Below are positions 48,942-57,838 of a stretch of 64,000 bases of DNA, one piece after another. Source of the DNA: Candidatus Chisholmbacteria bacterium RIFCSPHIGHO2_01_FULL_52_32 (lineage in GTDB: Bacteria; Patescibacteriota; Microgenomatia; UBA1400; Chisholmbacteraceae). The stretch lies in assembly GCA_001816585.1 (NCBI GenBank), contig MHCJ01000003.1:156228-220227 (forward strand), read 5' to 3'. The stretch's first letter is position 1; each line of letters opens with the position of its first letter. The notes beneath the pieces were generated by a model. The model ran no database searches and was not told where the DNA came from. It saw nothing but the letters and a program-made list of their open reading frames with translations. The translations under genes were made by a program, and so were the position numbers.

Positions 48942-49239
48942 TGGTGCCGAGGGAGGGAGTCCCTCCTTCGCAATACTGCCTTCTCAAGACTGCTATCTAG
49001 CCGTTTTCGAAGCCGTTTGCTTTGGCGGGCAGGCGAACCCACATGAGGTGTGAACCTCACCCCGTGAGATATCTGTGGCCAAGGAGAGAGTCGAACTCTC
49101 ATGAGGTTACCCTCACACGATTTTGAGTCGTGCGCGTCTGCCAGTTCCGCCACTTGGCCGTTATCTCACGGGGCGCGTCTGCCCGCCTCGCGTCAACTCG
49201 TCTCCGCGAGTCGAGGCGGGCCAATTCCGCCACCTCGGC
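48942..49239 (-). pseudogene. Outer, interrupted tRNA-Leu-like gene with three inserts (D loop, anticodon arm, T loop) and encoded CCA
   Basis: Without the inserts it reads GCCGAGG-TG-GCGGAATTGGCAGACGC-G-CCCCG-[..]-CGGGG-TGAGGTTCACACCTCAT-GTGGG-TTCGACT-CCCTC-CCTCGGC-A-CCA. Confidence 0.75.
49076..49159 (-). tRNA. tRNA-Leu(CAA), nested inside the outer tRNA-like gene
   Basis: Full cloverleaf: GGCCAAG/CTTGGCC acceptor, CACGA-CTCAAAA-TCGTG anticodon arm, long variable arm, GAGAG-TTCGACT-CTCTC. Confidence 0.95.
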
Positions 49240-49315
49240 CTGGTTATCTATTGGCAATTGGCAAACTGTCTTTCTTCTGGTATTTTACCAAAATATTTTT
49301 TATAATTCTTTCCTT

Positions 49316-49876
49316 ATGATTTCAGTGACTAAACTGCGCGTCGGCGTGACCTTTGAACACCTGGGGGATCCCTGGAGGGTGATCGAATATAAGCATGTCC
49401 ATCTCTCCCGGGGGTCGGGGACGATCACGGTTCGGGCGCGGAACCTTCGTACGGGCAATGTTCAGACTCTCGCATTCCGATCTGGCGATCGGGTGGAGGA
49501 TATTTCGGTCGAGCGACGTTTGCTTACTTATCTCTACAAAGATGGGGACTGGTTGGTATTTATGCATCCTAGGAACTTTGAGCAATCCATGGTTCCCTTA
49601 CACGGGGTCGGAGAAGGGATCCGATTCGTGGTGGAAGGGCAGGAGGCATGGGTGCTGTTTTGGGAAGAAAAGCCGCTGGATGTTGAAATTCCCCCTAAAG
49701 TGACTCTTGAGGTCGCGGAGGCCAGTCCCGGCGTTCGGGGTGATACCGTCGCAGGGGCAACAAAGGATGTCGTCCTCATTACGGGCATGCATCTTCGGGT
49801 TCCATTATTCATTCATAAGGGAGACCGTGTGGTTGTGGATACGAGGACCGGGAAGTACGTAGAAAGAGCAAGTTAA
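49316..49876 (+). CDS. efp: Elongation factor P
   Basis: LR.G..F, YLYKDG, PGVRGDT, VPLFI..GD...VDTRTG.Y.ER. Confidence 0.95.
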   Translation: MISVTKLRVGVTFEHLGDPWRVIEYKHVHLSRGSGTITVRARNLRTGNVQTLAFRSGDRVEDISVERRLLTYLYKDGDWLVFMHPRNFEQSMVPLHGVGEGIRFVVEGQEAWVLFWEEKPLDVEIPPKVTLEVAEASPGVRGDTVAGATKDVVLITGMHLRVPLFIHKGDRVVVDTRTGKYVERAS

Positions 49877-50023
49877 AAGTTAAAAGTGAAAAGTTATAAA
49901 TTACAATTTAAAATTTAATATTTCTCTGTCAACTTGGAACTTTAAACTGCAACTTTGAATTTTGCACTTTAAACTTTAAATTTATTGACCCTGGACCCTG
50001 AGAAGCTACAAGCTAAAAAGCTA
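49870..50023. repeat. Inverted heptamer arms plus AAGCTAN tract between convergent genes
   Basis: Begins at the efp stop and ends at the stop of 50021..50455; similar to 36021-36155. Confidence 0.85.
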
Positions 50024-50455
50024 TTTTGTGATGAGAAGAAGGAAGAAGACGAGGATAACTTGGACCAGCAGGCCGTCGGGGAAGGGTAGCTTTTGATGGA
50101 GAATATGTTGGATGGTTTTGACCCAGGAAAATGGGGGGAATCTCCAGCGAAAGATGACATACGGAGCCTCGATCCAGTCGGGAAGTTGGGCCGAGAACAT
50201 GGTGAGGAAGAGGAGTAGGGGGGAAACCGTTCTTGGGATGAGTAAAAAACCGACCGTAAATCCTATCACTGCATCGAGAAGAGAATAGAGGATTACCCGG
50301 TTCCTTCCCCTGTTTTTATGGCGAGTTCTTAAATCCCAGTGGGGAACACAGTCAAGGAGCGGGTGGGACAACAGCGCAGCAACGACACCGATTGCGGGAG
50401 AAGGGGCAAGATTGGCAATGGCGGCTCCGGCTATGGCGTGGGTTGCTGCCAGCAT
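50021..50455 (-). CDS. Membrane protein, metal-dependent hydrolase-like
   Basis: TH...GA, SH..LD..PHWD, LPD, H...H. Confidence 0.7.
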   Translation of the reverse strand: MLAATHAIAGAAIANLAPSPAIGVVAALLSHPLLDCVPHWDLRTRHKNRGRNRVILYSLLDAVIGFTVGFLLIPRTVSPLLLFLTMFSAQLPDWIEAPYVIFRWRFPPFSWVKTIQHILHQKLPFPDGLLVQVILVFFLLLITK

Positions 50456-50530
50456 AAGGGGAGTTTAGGACACTTGTAGCTTTTCTGTCAAATGGGTTTT
50501 TCTGTTTTTTGGTATAGTCTTGTATAGGGT

Positions 50531-51421
50531 ATGTATCCTGTTTTGTTTTCTCTGGGGAAAATTTCAATGTTCACATTTGGCATTTTTGCATCTCTGGGTT
50601 TTTTCTTTGCCAGCTTCGTCATCTGGAAGCGGGCTCGGGAAACCCATTTTTCCGAAGAGGAGATTTTTGATGCCATCCTTTTGGTTGCCCTCTCGGGGGT
50701 GTTTGGAGCACGGCTCCTGTATGTTCTCCTTCACTTCCCCCGCTTCGGTTTTCAGCTCCTCAATTGGTTTTCGATCTTCCGTGTTCCCGGCATGACCTTC
50801 TTTGGAGGGCTGGCGCTCGGGGTAGTCTCGCTTTTCTTTCTTGCCCGTCGAAAACATTGGGATTTCTTTGAGATATCCGACATTTTTGTCACCGGGATTG
50901 CCCTGGGGCAGGCAATTGGGTGGTTGGGAGCCTTCTTTGCCGGGACGGGGGTTGGGAGGGAATCGAAGATCGGCCTGGTTTTCCCCGGATACGAAACGGC
51001 TCGACTCCCAACGCAGTTGATTTGGGTCGTGGGAGCCTTAGGCTTGTTTATTTTTCTCTGGAGGGTTGAGCAGCGCTACCGCATTTTTGAGTGGTACCGG
51101 GCTGGAAAAGTCTCTGCCGCAAGCGGGTTTTTAACCTTTTCCTACCTGGTAGGGTTAGGAGTCCTTGCAACACTCGTTTCTCTTTTTACCGGGGCTCGTG
51201 TATACTTGACGGTGCCCATTGAGCTTTTCACCGGTGTTGTTACTACCAGCATCGGTATCGGTGGACTCTACATTCGAAGCGGAAGGGACCTTCGGGAGGA
51301 CGGGAGGAAGATGTCCGATTCATTTAAGCGCGGAGTCCGAAACGGGTTCGTTTCCATGAAGCAATTAGGACGAAAGCTGCGGGCCCCCCTTGGACGCACA
51401 AAAAACAAGCCATTTTCCTGA
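50531..51421 (+). CDS. lgt: Prolipoprotein diacylglyceryl transferase-like (divergent motifs)
   Basis: MYPVL, GARLLY, GMTFFGGL, GQAIG, PTQL; next to lspA. Confidence 0.8.
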   Translation: MYPVLFSLGKISMFTFGIFASLGFFFASFVIWKRARETHFSEEEIFDAILLVALSGVFGARLLYVLLHFPRFGFQLLNWFSIFRVPGMTFFGGLALGVVSLFFLARRKHWDFFEISDIFVTGIALGQAIGWLGAFFAGTGVGRESKIGLVFPGYETARLPTQLIWVVGALGLFIFLWRVEQRYRIFEWYRAGKVSAASGFLTFSYLVGLGVLATLVSLFTGARVYLTVPIELFTGVVTTSIGIGGLYIRSGRDLREDGRKMSDSFKRGVRNGFVSMKQLGRKLRAPLGRTKNKPFS

Positions 51422-51433
51422 GAGAGGAGTATT

Positions 51434-51814
51434 ATGCGGGCTGTAAAGCGAATGTTTGCGTTTCCGGCTCAGGTTCTGGCGCCGATTCGACAATACCTCT
51501 TATCAGCGAAGAAACGGCTGGAGCTTAGGAGACGCACGATTCGTTCAGAGGATCCGTTCTCGAATCCCGATCGGGTTGATGATAATGCTGCTACGGATGC
51601 CGATGCGGCCGAGATTTCCGGGCATGATCGCGCCGAGGCACTTCGTTATGAGGTTGATCGGCGGTTGATTACCATTCGAAAAGCCCTTACCAAAATAAAA
51701 ATTGGGAGGTACGGGTTGTGCGAGAACTGCGGAAAGATGATTGATACCGACAGACTTGCCGTCAACCCCATGGCCGAGTTGTGTATGGATTGCGAGAAGA
51801 AGAGGAAGAGGTGA
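51434..51814 (+). CDS. TraR/DksA C4 zinc-finger protein
   Basis: AL.KI..G.YGLCENCG..I...RL...P.A.LC..C. Confidence 0.92.
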   Translation: MRAVKRMFAFPAQVLAPIRQYLLSAKKRLELRRRTIRSEDPFSNPDRVDDNAATDADAAEISGHDRAEALRYEVDRRLITIRKALTKIKIGRYGLCENCGKMIDTDRLAVNPMAELCMDCEKKRKR

Positions 51815-52230
51815 GGCTTCGGGGCATCGGTTTGTCGTTGGCTTTTTTGTCCCTCGTTGTCGTAGCAGATCAATTGTCAAAGTGGCTTGCCGTCTGGATG
51901 GATTTCGGGTTTACCGAGAACCGCGGGATTGCGTTCGGGCTGTTTCCATCCTTTGACTGGGTTTTCCTTCTTGCTGCTGTGGTTCTTGGGCTTGGTTGGT
52001 TCTTGCGAGTAAAAAAGTTCTCTTCTCCCCTCACTTCGGTTGGACTGGGACTTTTTATTGGAGGCGGCTCCAGTAATCTTGTCGATCGCGTCGTCCGGGG
52101 GAGCGTCTTCGATTTCCTCTGGATTGGGATTGGGCCCCGGTTTAACTTGGCTGATTTCGCCATCACTTTCGGTTTGGCGCTTCTGTCCTGGTCAATTCTG
52201 GTTGGGAAGGATAGAGTGAAAGCACAATGA
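51811..52230 (+). CDS. lspA: Lipoprotein signal peptidase II
   Basis: DQLSK, NRGIAFG, NLVDR...G.V.DF, FNLAD. Confidence 0.92.
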   Translation: MRLRGIGLSLAFLSLVVVADQLSKWLAVWMDFGFTENRGIAFGLFPSFDWVFLLAAVVLGLGWFLRVKKFSSPLTSVGLGLFIGGGSSNLVDRVVRGSVFDFLWIGIGPRFNLADFAITFGLALLSWSILVGKDRVKAQ

Positions 52231-52976
52231 TCTCCCCGACGGTTGTTTACGAAGATGAGGTTCTTTGTGTCATCAACAAGCCTGCCGGGATGGTGGTCAA
52301 CCGGTCGTCGACCGCTCCGGAGGAGACCGTCCAGGATTGGGTTGAGGCGAGACCATTTTTTTCCTCCCAGAAGACGGGGTATACGCCCCCTAATACCTAT
52401 TTTTCGGATCGGAGCGGGATCGTGCACCGACTCGATAAGGAGACCAGCGGTGTCTTGGTAGTGGCAAAAACTCCCGAAGCATTTTCAGGTCTTTTGGCGC
52501 AGTTTCGGGAACGCAAGGTCACAAAGACGTATCTTGCTTTGGTACACGGAATGCTTGAGCCGAAGGTTGGGGACGTACGTTTGCCATTGGCCCGCAACCC
52601 CCGTGATCGAAAGCGATTCGCGGTTTCCGCCTTCGGCAAGCTGTCACATACCGCGTGGAAGGTGGTTCGTGTTTACCATGAGTGCGTGAAGCCTGGCGTT
52701 CGTACCAAAGGATATCAAGGGTTTTCCCTGGTTGAGGTCGAACCGCAGACGGGACGTACCCATCAGATACGGGTTCATTTTTCCCACCTCGGACATCCGG
52801 TGGTTTCTGATCAGCGGTACGCCGGACGACGAGCCCGGGAAGACAGTCTGTGGTGCCCACGGCAATTTTTGCACGCTTTTCGGATCTCATTCTTTCATCC
52901 TGTCCGTGGAGTGCGGTTGGAGTTTGAGGCGGAGTTACCAGCGGATCTCAAAACGGCGTTGACATTACTTCGGTAA
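52227..52976 (+). CDS. RluA/RluD family pseudouridine synthase
   Basis: NKPAG, VHRLDKETSG, TGRTHQIRVH, LHA. Confidence 0.95.
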   Translation: MISPTVVYEDEVLCVINKPAGMVVNRSSTAPEETVQDWVEARPFFSSQKTGYTPPNTYFSDRSGIVHRLDKETSGVLVVAKTPEAFSGLLAQFRERKVTKTYLALVHGMLEPKVGDVRLPLARNPRDRKRFAVSAFGKLSHTAWKVVRVYHECVKPGVRTKGYQGFSLVEVEPQTGRTHQIRVHFSHLGHPVVSDQRYAGRRAREDSLWCPRQFLHAFRISFFHPVRGVRLEFEAELPADLKTALTLLR

Positions 52977-52985
52977 AATACATGA

Positions 52986-54155
52986 TTGATGCTTAAGGGT
53001 TTCTCTTTTTCGGTTGTTGTAAAGGCTCATAAGACCCGGGCCAGGGCCGGGGAGCTCTATACGCCGCACGGGTTGGTTCGTACGCCGGTGTTTATGCCCG
53101 TCGGGACCGCCGGGTCGGTAAAGGCTCTGGCTCCGGGAGATCTTTCGGACGCCGGTGTTCAAATTCTCTTGGGAAATACATACCATCTCTATTTACGGCC
53201 CGGAGATACTGCAGTCCGCAGGCTCGGGGGCTTGCACCGATTTATGGCATGGACGGGACCGATTCTGACGGACTCCGGAGGATACCAGGTTTCATCCCTG
53301 GGTAAATTCCGGGATGAGGGATTTCCGGTCATGTCACGGATTGATGATCATGGCGTGACCTTTAAATCCCATCTTGACGGGAGTATGCACCGCTTTACTC
53401 CAGAAAAAGCCATACGGATTCAAGAGAACCTTGGGGCCGATATCATCATGGCATTTGATGAGGCAACACCGGCACGGGGCAAGGCATATGCTCGGCACGC
53501 CATGGAACGGACCCACCGCTGGCTTGATCGGTGTGTTTCCGAATGGAAGAAGTGTGAGGAACGAAAGCAGGGAAAAGCTTTGCCTCAGGCGCTTTTCGGG
53601 ATCATCCAAGGCGGTAATTATCGGGATCTCCGGTGCGAGTCCGCAGAGTTTGTAGTCTCGAGAGACCTGATGGGAATTGCCATCGGTGGAGCCTCAATCG
53701 GAAAAAATCCTGAGGAAACAGCCGAAAATGTTTCGTGGGTTGCCGATTTGTTGCCCTCCAACAACCCGCTTTATCTCATGGGAGTTGGCGTTAATCCCGA
53801 GGATGTGATCGGCGCCGTTCTCTGCGGAGCGGACCTCATCGATTGTGTGGCTCCGACCAGGCTAGCGCGGATGGGGCATTTGTACAGCGGCAAGCTACGG
53901 GGGAAAGCAGGGAAGTGGGGTTTTACCTCGGAGTTTTCCAGAGGGAGGCTGAATATCGACCAGGCGCGATTCCGACTTGACGACCACGTTATTGATGAAG
54001 GCTGCGATTGTTATACCTGTGCTATGGGGTTTTCGCGGGCATACCTACACCATCTGTTTCGAAGCAGGGAACTTCTGTATTACCGCCTGGCCAGTCTCCA
54101 TAACGTGCGGTTCATGGTGCGGCTGACGGAGGGGTTGCGGCGGACTATTGTCTAG
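52986..54155 (+). CDS. tgt: tRNA-guanine transglycosylase
   Basis: TPVFMPVGT, NTYHL, TDSGGYQ, DCVAPTR, CDCYTC...H. Confidence 0.95.
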   Translation: MMLKGFSFSVVVKAHKTRARAGELYTPHGLVRTPVFMPVGTAGSVKALAPGDLSDAGVQILLGNTYHLYLRPGDTAVRRLGGLHRFMAWTGPILTDSGGYQVSSLGKFRDEGFPVMSRIDDHGVTFKSHLDGSMHRFTPEKAIRIQENLGADIIMAFDEATPARGKAYARHAMERTHRWLDRCVSEWKKCEERKQGKALPQALFGIIQGGNYRDLRCESAEFVVSRDLMGIAIGGASIGKNPEETAENVSWVADLLPSNNPLYLMGVGVNPEDVIGAVLCGADLIDCVAPTRLARMGHLYSGKLRGKAGKWGFTSEFSRGRLNIDQARFRLDDHVIDEGCDCYTCAMGFSRAYLHHLFRSRELLYYRLASLHNVRFMVRLTEGLRRTIV

Positions 54156-54314
54156 CGAACAAACAGAGAAGGTAGCCGGTAATTACCCTGTACTTCAAGC
54201 GAGAAGCTGTGATCCTTTCATAGGTTTACCAAGGCCTATGTGACTGGCGAAATTTGTTCCGCGCTCTCCTTCTGAAGGTTCCAATGTACGAAACTCGTAT
54301 GATACGATAGAACT

Positions 54315-55373
54315 ATGACCAAACGGAGACTGCCCCTCCGGCACGTTAAGGGTGCTTCACACGGCCGCCAAGCCAAACATGGCTATGAACGTATTCAACG
54401 CGGCCGCCGTGTCCTTGCGCATCTCCCATTTGTACGGTTTTCCTTCCGGTTTATCGCGGTTGTCTTCCTTTTCACGCTGGCTATTTTGACCATTCGATTG
54501 ATTTCCCAAAGTGACTGGAACGGCCGGGATCGTATCACGTTTACTTTGCAGGACTTTTCAGAGAGTCAGGTTGGCGGGGAAGTGTTTCTGGTGTCGTACC
54601 TTCCGCCCGAAGGGCTGTCGGTTGTTGTGCTTCCCGCAACACTTCAAATTGAGACCATCGGCGGTTTTGGCCTCTGGAAAGCAGGCTCTGTCTATCAGCT
54701 CGGGGAGCTCGAGGGGAGGGGAGGTGCGCTTCTCTCCGGGACACTAGCTGAATTTTTCGGTGTCAATGTGGACGGGTGGGTGGTTTCTCCTGAGAAAGTT
54801 CAGCTCTCATCAGACACATTGAAGACGTCATTAAAGACATCGCTTATGAGGACTCTGTTCGGAAGGGGACGGTCCAATTTGGGAGTCTGGGATCTTTTCC
54901 GTCTGTGGTTTTCGCTTGGGAAGGTACGCTTAAGCCAGGCAACGCTGGTCGATCTCTCCACCGCTTCGGTGCTTCGTGAGGAAACGCTTCCGGACGGAAG
55001 TACGACCTATCGAACCGACCCGGAGCGGCTTGATCAGCTCGCCCGGCGACTGTTTGCTTTGCCTGAGATTACCAGAGAGGGGTTATCCGTTTCGGTTCTC
55101 AACGCCACCGGACATCCGCGACTTGGCAACCGAGCGGCCCGGGCGATTGAGAACTCTGGCGGGGATGTCGTGTCTATCGCTGACTTTAGGACGCTGGAGG
55201 AGCAAACCACGATTGTGGTTTCTTCCGATTCACTCCGCGAGTACGCAACCGTAGGGGTTCTTCGGAAGTTTTTTGCCTCTGAGAGGGTCTCTGTTGGGGA
55301 GACTGCTTCAGCGCGGGCTGACATTCTGCTCGTTGTTGGTGAAGACTACTTCAGGAAGCTTTCGGAATTTTAG
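54315..55373 (+). CDS. LCP-like protein with LytR C-terminal domain
   Basis: TM helix; VLNATG..RLG, DI..VVGED. Confidence 0.75.
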   Translation: MTKRRLPLRHVKGASHGRQAKHGYERIQRGRRVLAHLPFVRFSFRFIAVVFLFTLAILTIRLISQSDWNGRDRITFTLQDFSESQVGGEVFLVSYLPPEGLSVVVLPATLQIETIGGFGLWKAGSVYQLGELEGRGGALLSGTLAEFFGVNVDGWVVSPEKVQLSSDTLKTSLKTSLMRTLFGRGRSNLGVWDLFRLWFSLGKVRLSQATLVDLSTASVLREETLPDGSTTYRTDPERLDQLARRLFALPEITREGLSVSVLNATGHPRLGNRAARAIENSGGDVVSIADFRTLEEQTTIVVSSDSLREYATVGVLRKFFASERVSVGETASARADILLVVGEDYFRKLSEF

Positions 55374-55388
55374 GCTGCAGCTTTTCTG

Positions 55389-56096
55389 TCAACTCTCGTC
55401 TATCCCTTCTCCCGTTTCCCGAATATCTACCGGCTCTTCTTGAAATACGCTCGGATTAATGTCTGCGTAGTACATCGTGTGCGAAGTTGGTGGGAAGGAG
55501 GGAATGTTTTTGAAGCGGGTACTTTTTTGGGTTTCCCGGATAAAGACTTGTACGTTACTTCCTTCGAGGCCTTTGACGAAGACGTCGTACCGGTTCCCTC
55601 CATGGATAAACTTCCGTAACCTGTAGGAAAGGTCGTCGGGCAATGACCCGATGTAGACATCTTCGGGGGCTTTTACCGCGATGAGTCTTCGTTTTGCGTC
55701 GAACATGAGCGACTGACCAATCTTTAACTCGGCGAGGATATCGGCATCCGCCAGGCGGACGAGTTGGGCAGTTTTGGTTTTCCCTGGTTCCTCCAAGAAA
55801 TTGGCGTAGATGGGTGGAGATTTGATAATGCGGTTTTCTGCCGTTTGAGGTCGTTTGGCCTTGAGGCGTTTGAGATTTTTCGTGGCTATCGGATTGTATT
55901 TATCGAGTGTCAGGACCTGTTTGTAGGTGTCAAAAGCTCTTCCTGTTTCTCCAAGCTCTGTAAAGGCACGTGCAAGACGGTTGAGCGAGTCGAGGTCGCG
56001 AGGGTCCTCCTTGAGGATTTGGTGGTTTAACTCTACCGCTTCCTCCCATTTTCCCTTGAGAGCAGCTTGGATGGCTTTTTCGCTTAGGCTTTGCAT
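55389..56096 (-). CDS. TPR-repeat protein
   Basis: N-terminal TPR (LNRLARA, A...Y..VL.LD..N.IA); FLEEPGKT. Confidence 0.75.
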   Translation of the reverse strand: MQSLSEKAIQAALKGKWEEAVELNHQILKEDPRDLDSLNRLARAFTELGETGRAFDTYKQVLTLDKYNPIATKNLKRLKAKRPQTAENRIIKSPPIYANFLEEPGKTKTAQLVRLADADILAELKIGQSLMFDAKRRLIAVKAPEDVYIGSLPDDLSYRLRKFIHGGNRYDVFVKGLEGSNVQVFIRETQKSTRFKNIPSFPPTSHTMYYADINPSVFQEEPVDIRETGEGIDES

Positions 56097-56207
56097 TTCC
56101 TTTACGCTACATTAGATTGAACAGACCTGTCAAGAGTGTTACACTAAAGCAAGTTAAAAGTTCAAAGTTAAAAGTTTAAAGTTACAACTCAAAATTCAAG
56201 GACAACG

Positions 56208-56759
56208 ATGAGCGGTCACTCAAAGTGGGCAACGATTAAACACCAGAAAGGGGCGGCGGATCAGAAACGAGGGATTCTTTTTAGTAAACTCTCATCAGAG
56301 ATCGCGATCGCCGTCTCGGAAGGGAAGAGTGGAGATCCGACGCAGAACCCGAGGCTTCGATCGGTGCTTGAAAAGGCAAGGGCTGCGAATATGCCTTCCG
56401 ACAATGTCGGGCGCGCCATCAAGCGAGGGCTTGGGGTTGTGAGTGGGGAAGGGCTCGAGGAAGTGATGTATGAAGGCTACGGACCATCGGGAGTTGCTGT
56501 GCTTATTACGGTACAAACAGACAATCGACACCGGACGACGGCACAAGTAAAGAACCTTTATGAACTCTATGGAGGAAGTCTCGGCGGTCCCGGATCGTGC
56601 GCTTTTCTGTTCGAGCGCTCGGGAGGGGAGTTTGTTCCGAAGGTCCGGCTTCCTCTCCATGAGGCTTCAACGATTCAAAAACTGACTACCTTTTTTCAAG
56701 CTCTCCACGCTCTTACGGAGGTCAAGGCCGTCTATTCCAATGCCGAGCTTCAAGCATGA
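56208..56759 (+). CDS. YebC/PmpR family protein (short)
   Basis: MSGHSKWATIKH.K, NPRLR, YEGYGP, TDN..RT. Confidence 0.92.
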   Translation: MSGHSKWATIKHQKGAADQKRGILFSKLSSEIAIAVSEGKSGDPTQNPRLRSVLEKARAANMPSDNVGRAIKRGLGVVSGEGLEEVMYEGYGPSGVAVLITVQTDNRHRTTAQVKNLYELYGGSLGGPGSCAFLFERSGGEFVPKVRLPLHEASTIQKLTTFFQALHALTEVKAVYSNAELQA

Positions 56760-57526
56760 GTAAGCGAAAGCGATTCGTTCTTGTTTCGCTTCTACTGACC
56801 CTTGGTCTTTTCGGTATACAGTTCATACGGGTTGACTATCGTTATCAGGCTATTTTGCTTCTTGGCGGACTTGCGTACGTTTTCTGCGGTTGGGCGCTCT
56901 CCGAAGATCTGCACAAGATAGAGTGGCTGACAGCATTGACCCTTCCGGTTATCTATCCTGTTTCGGTCGGGCTGTTCTATTTCCTGTTACCTGAGCGCAT
57001 GTTGTCACGACTTATCATCTTGGGAATTTTCGGCGTTGGTATGTATGCTCTCCTTTTAACAGAGAACATCTTTACGGTTGCCGCAATTCGAACGATTCAG
57101 TTATTGCGCGCGGCGCGTGCGGTGGGGTTTCTTCTGACGCTGGTGACTGCGTTTTTCTTGTTCGACACGATTTGGTCGTTCCGCTTGCCCTTTTATGCCA
57201 ACGCCATTCTGGTTGGCTTGGCTTCGGTTCCGCTCATCTTTCAGGCTCTTTGGTCCGTGGAGCTGACGGAGGATCGGATTGAACGGCGTACGGTTGTTTA
57301 CAGCCTGTGTTTATCTTTGGCGATTGGGGAGCTGGCGCTCGCGCTGTCATTCTGGCCGGTTACGGTTTCAGTGGGCTCTCTCTTTTTGGTGACCATGGCC
57401 TACGTTGGCTTGGGGATAAGCCAATATCATTTCTCCGGTCGACTTTTCAGGCGGACCTTGTACGAGTACTTGGGTGTTGGTATGATTGTGCTCCTGACTA
57501 CTTATTTGGTGACCAAATGGGGGTAG
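56756..57526 (+). CDS. DUF5656-like multi-pass membrane protein
   Basis: LL..NIF.VA..RTI.L.RAA; L.FWP. Confidence 0.7.
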   Translation: MSKRKRFVLVSLLLTLGLFGIQFIRVDYRYQAILLLGGLAYVFCGWALSEDLHKIEWLTALTLPVIYPVSVGLFYFLLPERMLSRLIILGIFGVGMYALLLTENIFTVAAIRTIQLLRAARAVGFLLTLVTAFFLFDTIWSFRLPFYANAILVGLASVPLIFQALWSVELTEDRIERRTVVYSLCLSLAIGELALALSFWPVTVSVGSLFLVTMAYVGLGISQYHFSGRLFRRTLYEYLGVGMIVLLTTYLVTKWG

Positions 57527-57532
57527 AAAGCG

Positions 57533-57838
57533 ATGACGAACCACGGTGAAGGAGAGCCCAGTCAAGCAGAGTTACCCGGCATGCCGGATCGGCAACAAAA
57601 GCGGAGTGGTATTCGAGGCAGATGGGGTGCCCGGACAATTCCCACAATTCAGGATCACCAGCGTCATCGGGTACATCCGGAGAATATAACCCGCATGAGA
57701 CGCATCAAAGATATGGCGATGCAAGGCATACCTAAAGCGGAAATCGATCGGAGGATTGCAGAGGAGTTGGCTGCCGAAGCGGAAATTGAGCACGAGCTGA
57801 CCCCCGAACTTCCGGGAATGGATGAATCCGATGGATGA
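57533..57838 (+). CDS. Hypothetical protein
   Basis: 101-aa ORF directly downstream of the previous gene. Confidence 0.5.
   Translation: MTNHGEGEPSQAELPGMPDRQQKRSGIRGRWGARTIPTIQDHQRHRVHPENITRMRRIKDMAMQGIPKAEIDRRIAEELAAEAEIEHELTPELPGMDESDG

Noticed and set aside
48961-49220. tRNA inserts as group I or group II introns
   Set aside because: At 39-104 nt they are too short and lack catalytic core motifs; they match palindromic repeats elsewhere in the window.
49130-49315. Long N-terminal extension of EF-P in the ORF track
   Set aside because: It is antisense read-through of the tRNA region; the ATG at 49316 follows a TATAAT box and matches EF-P length.
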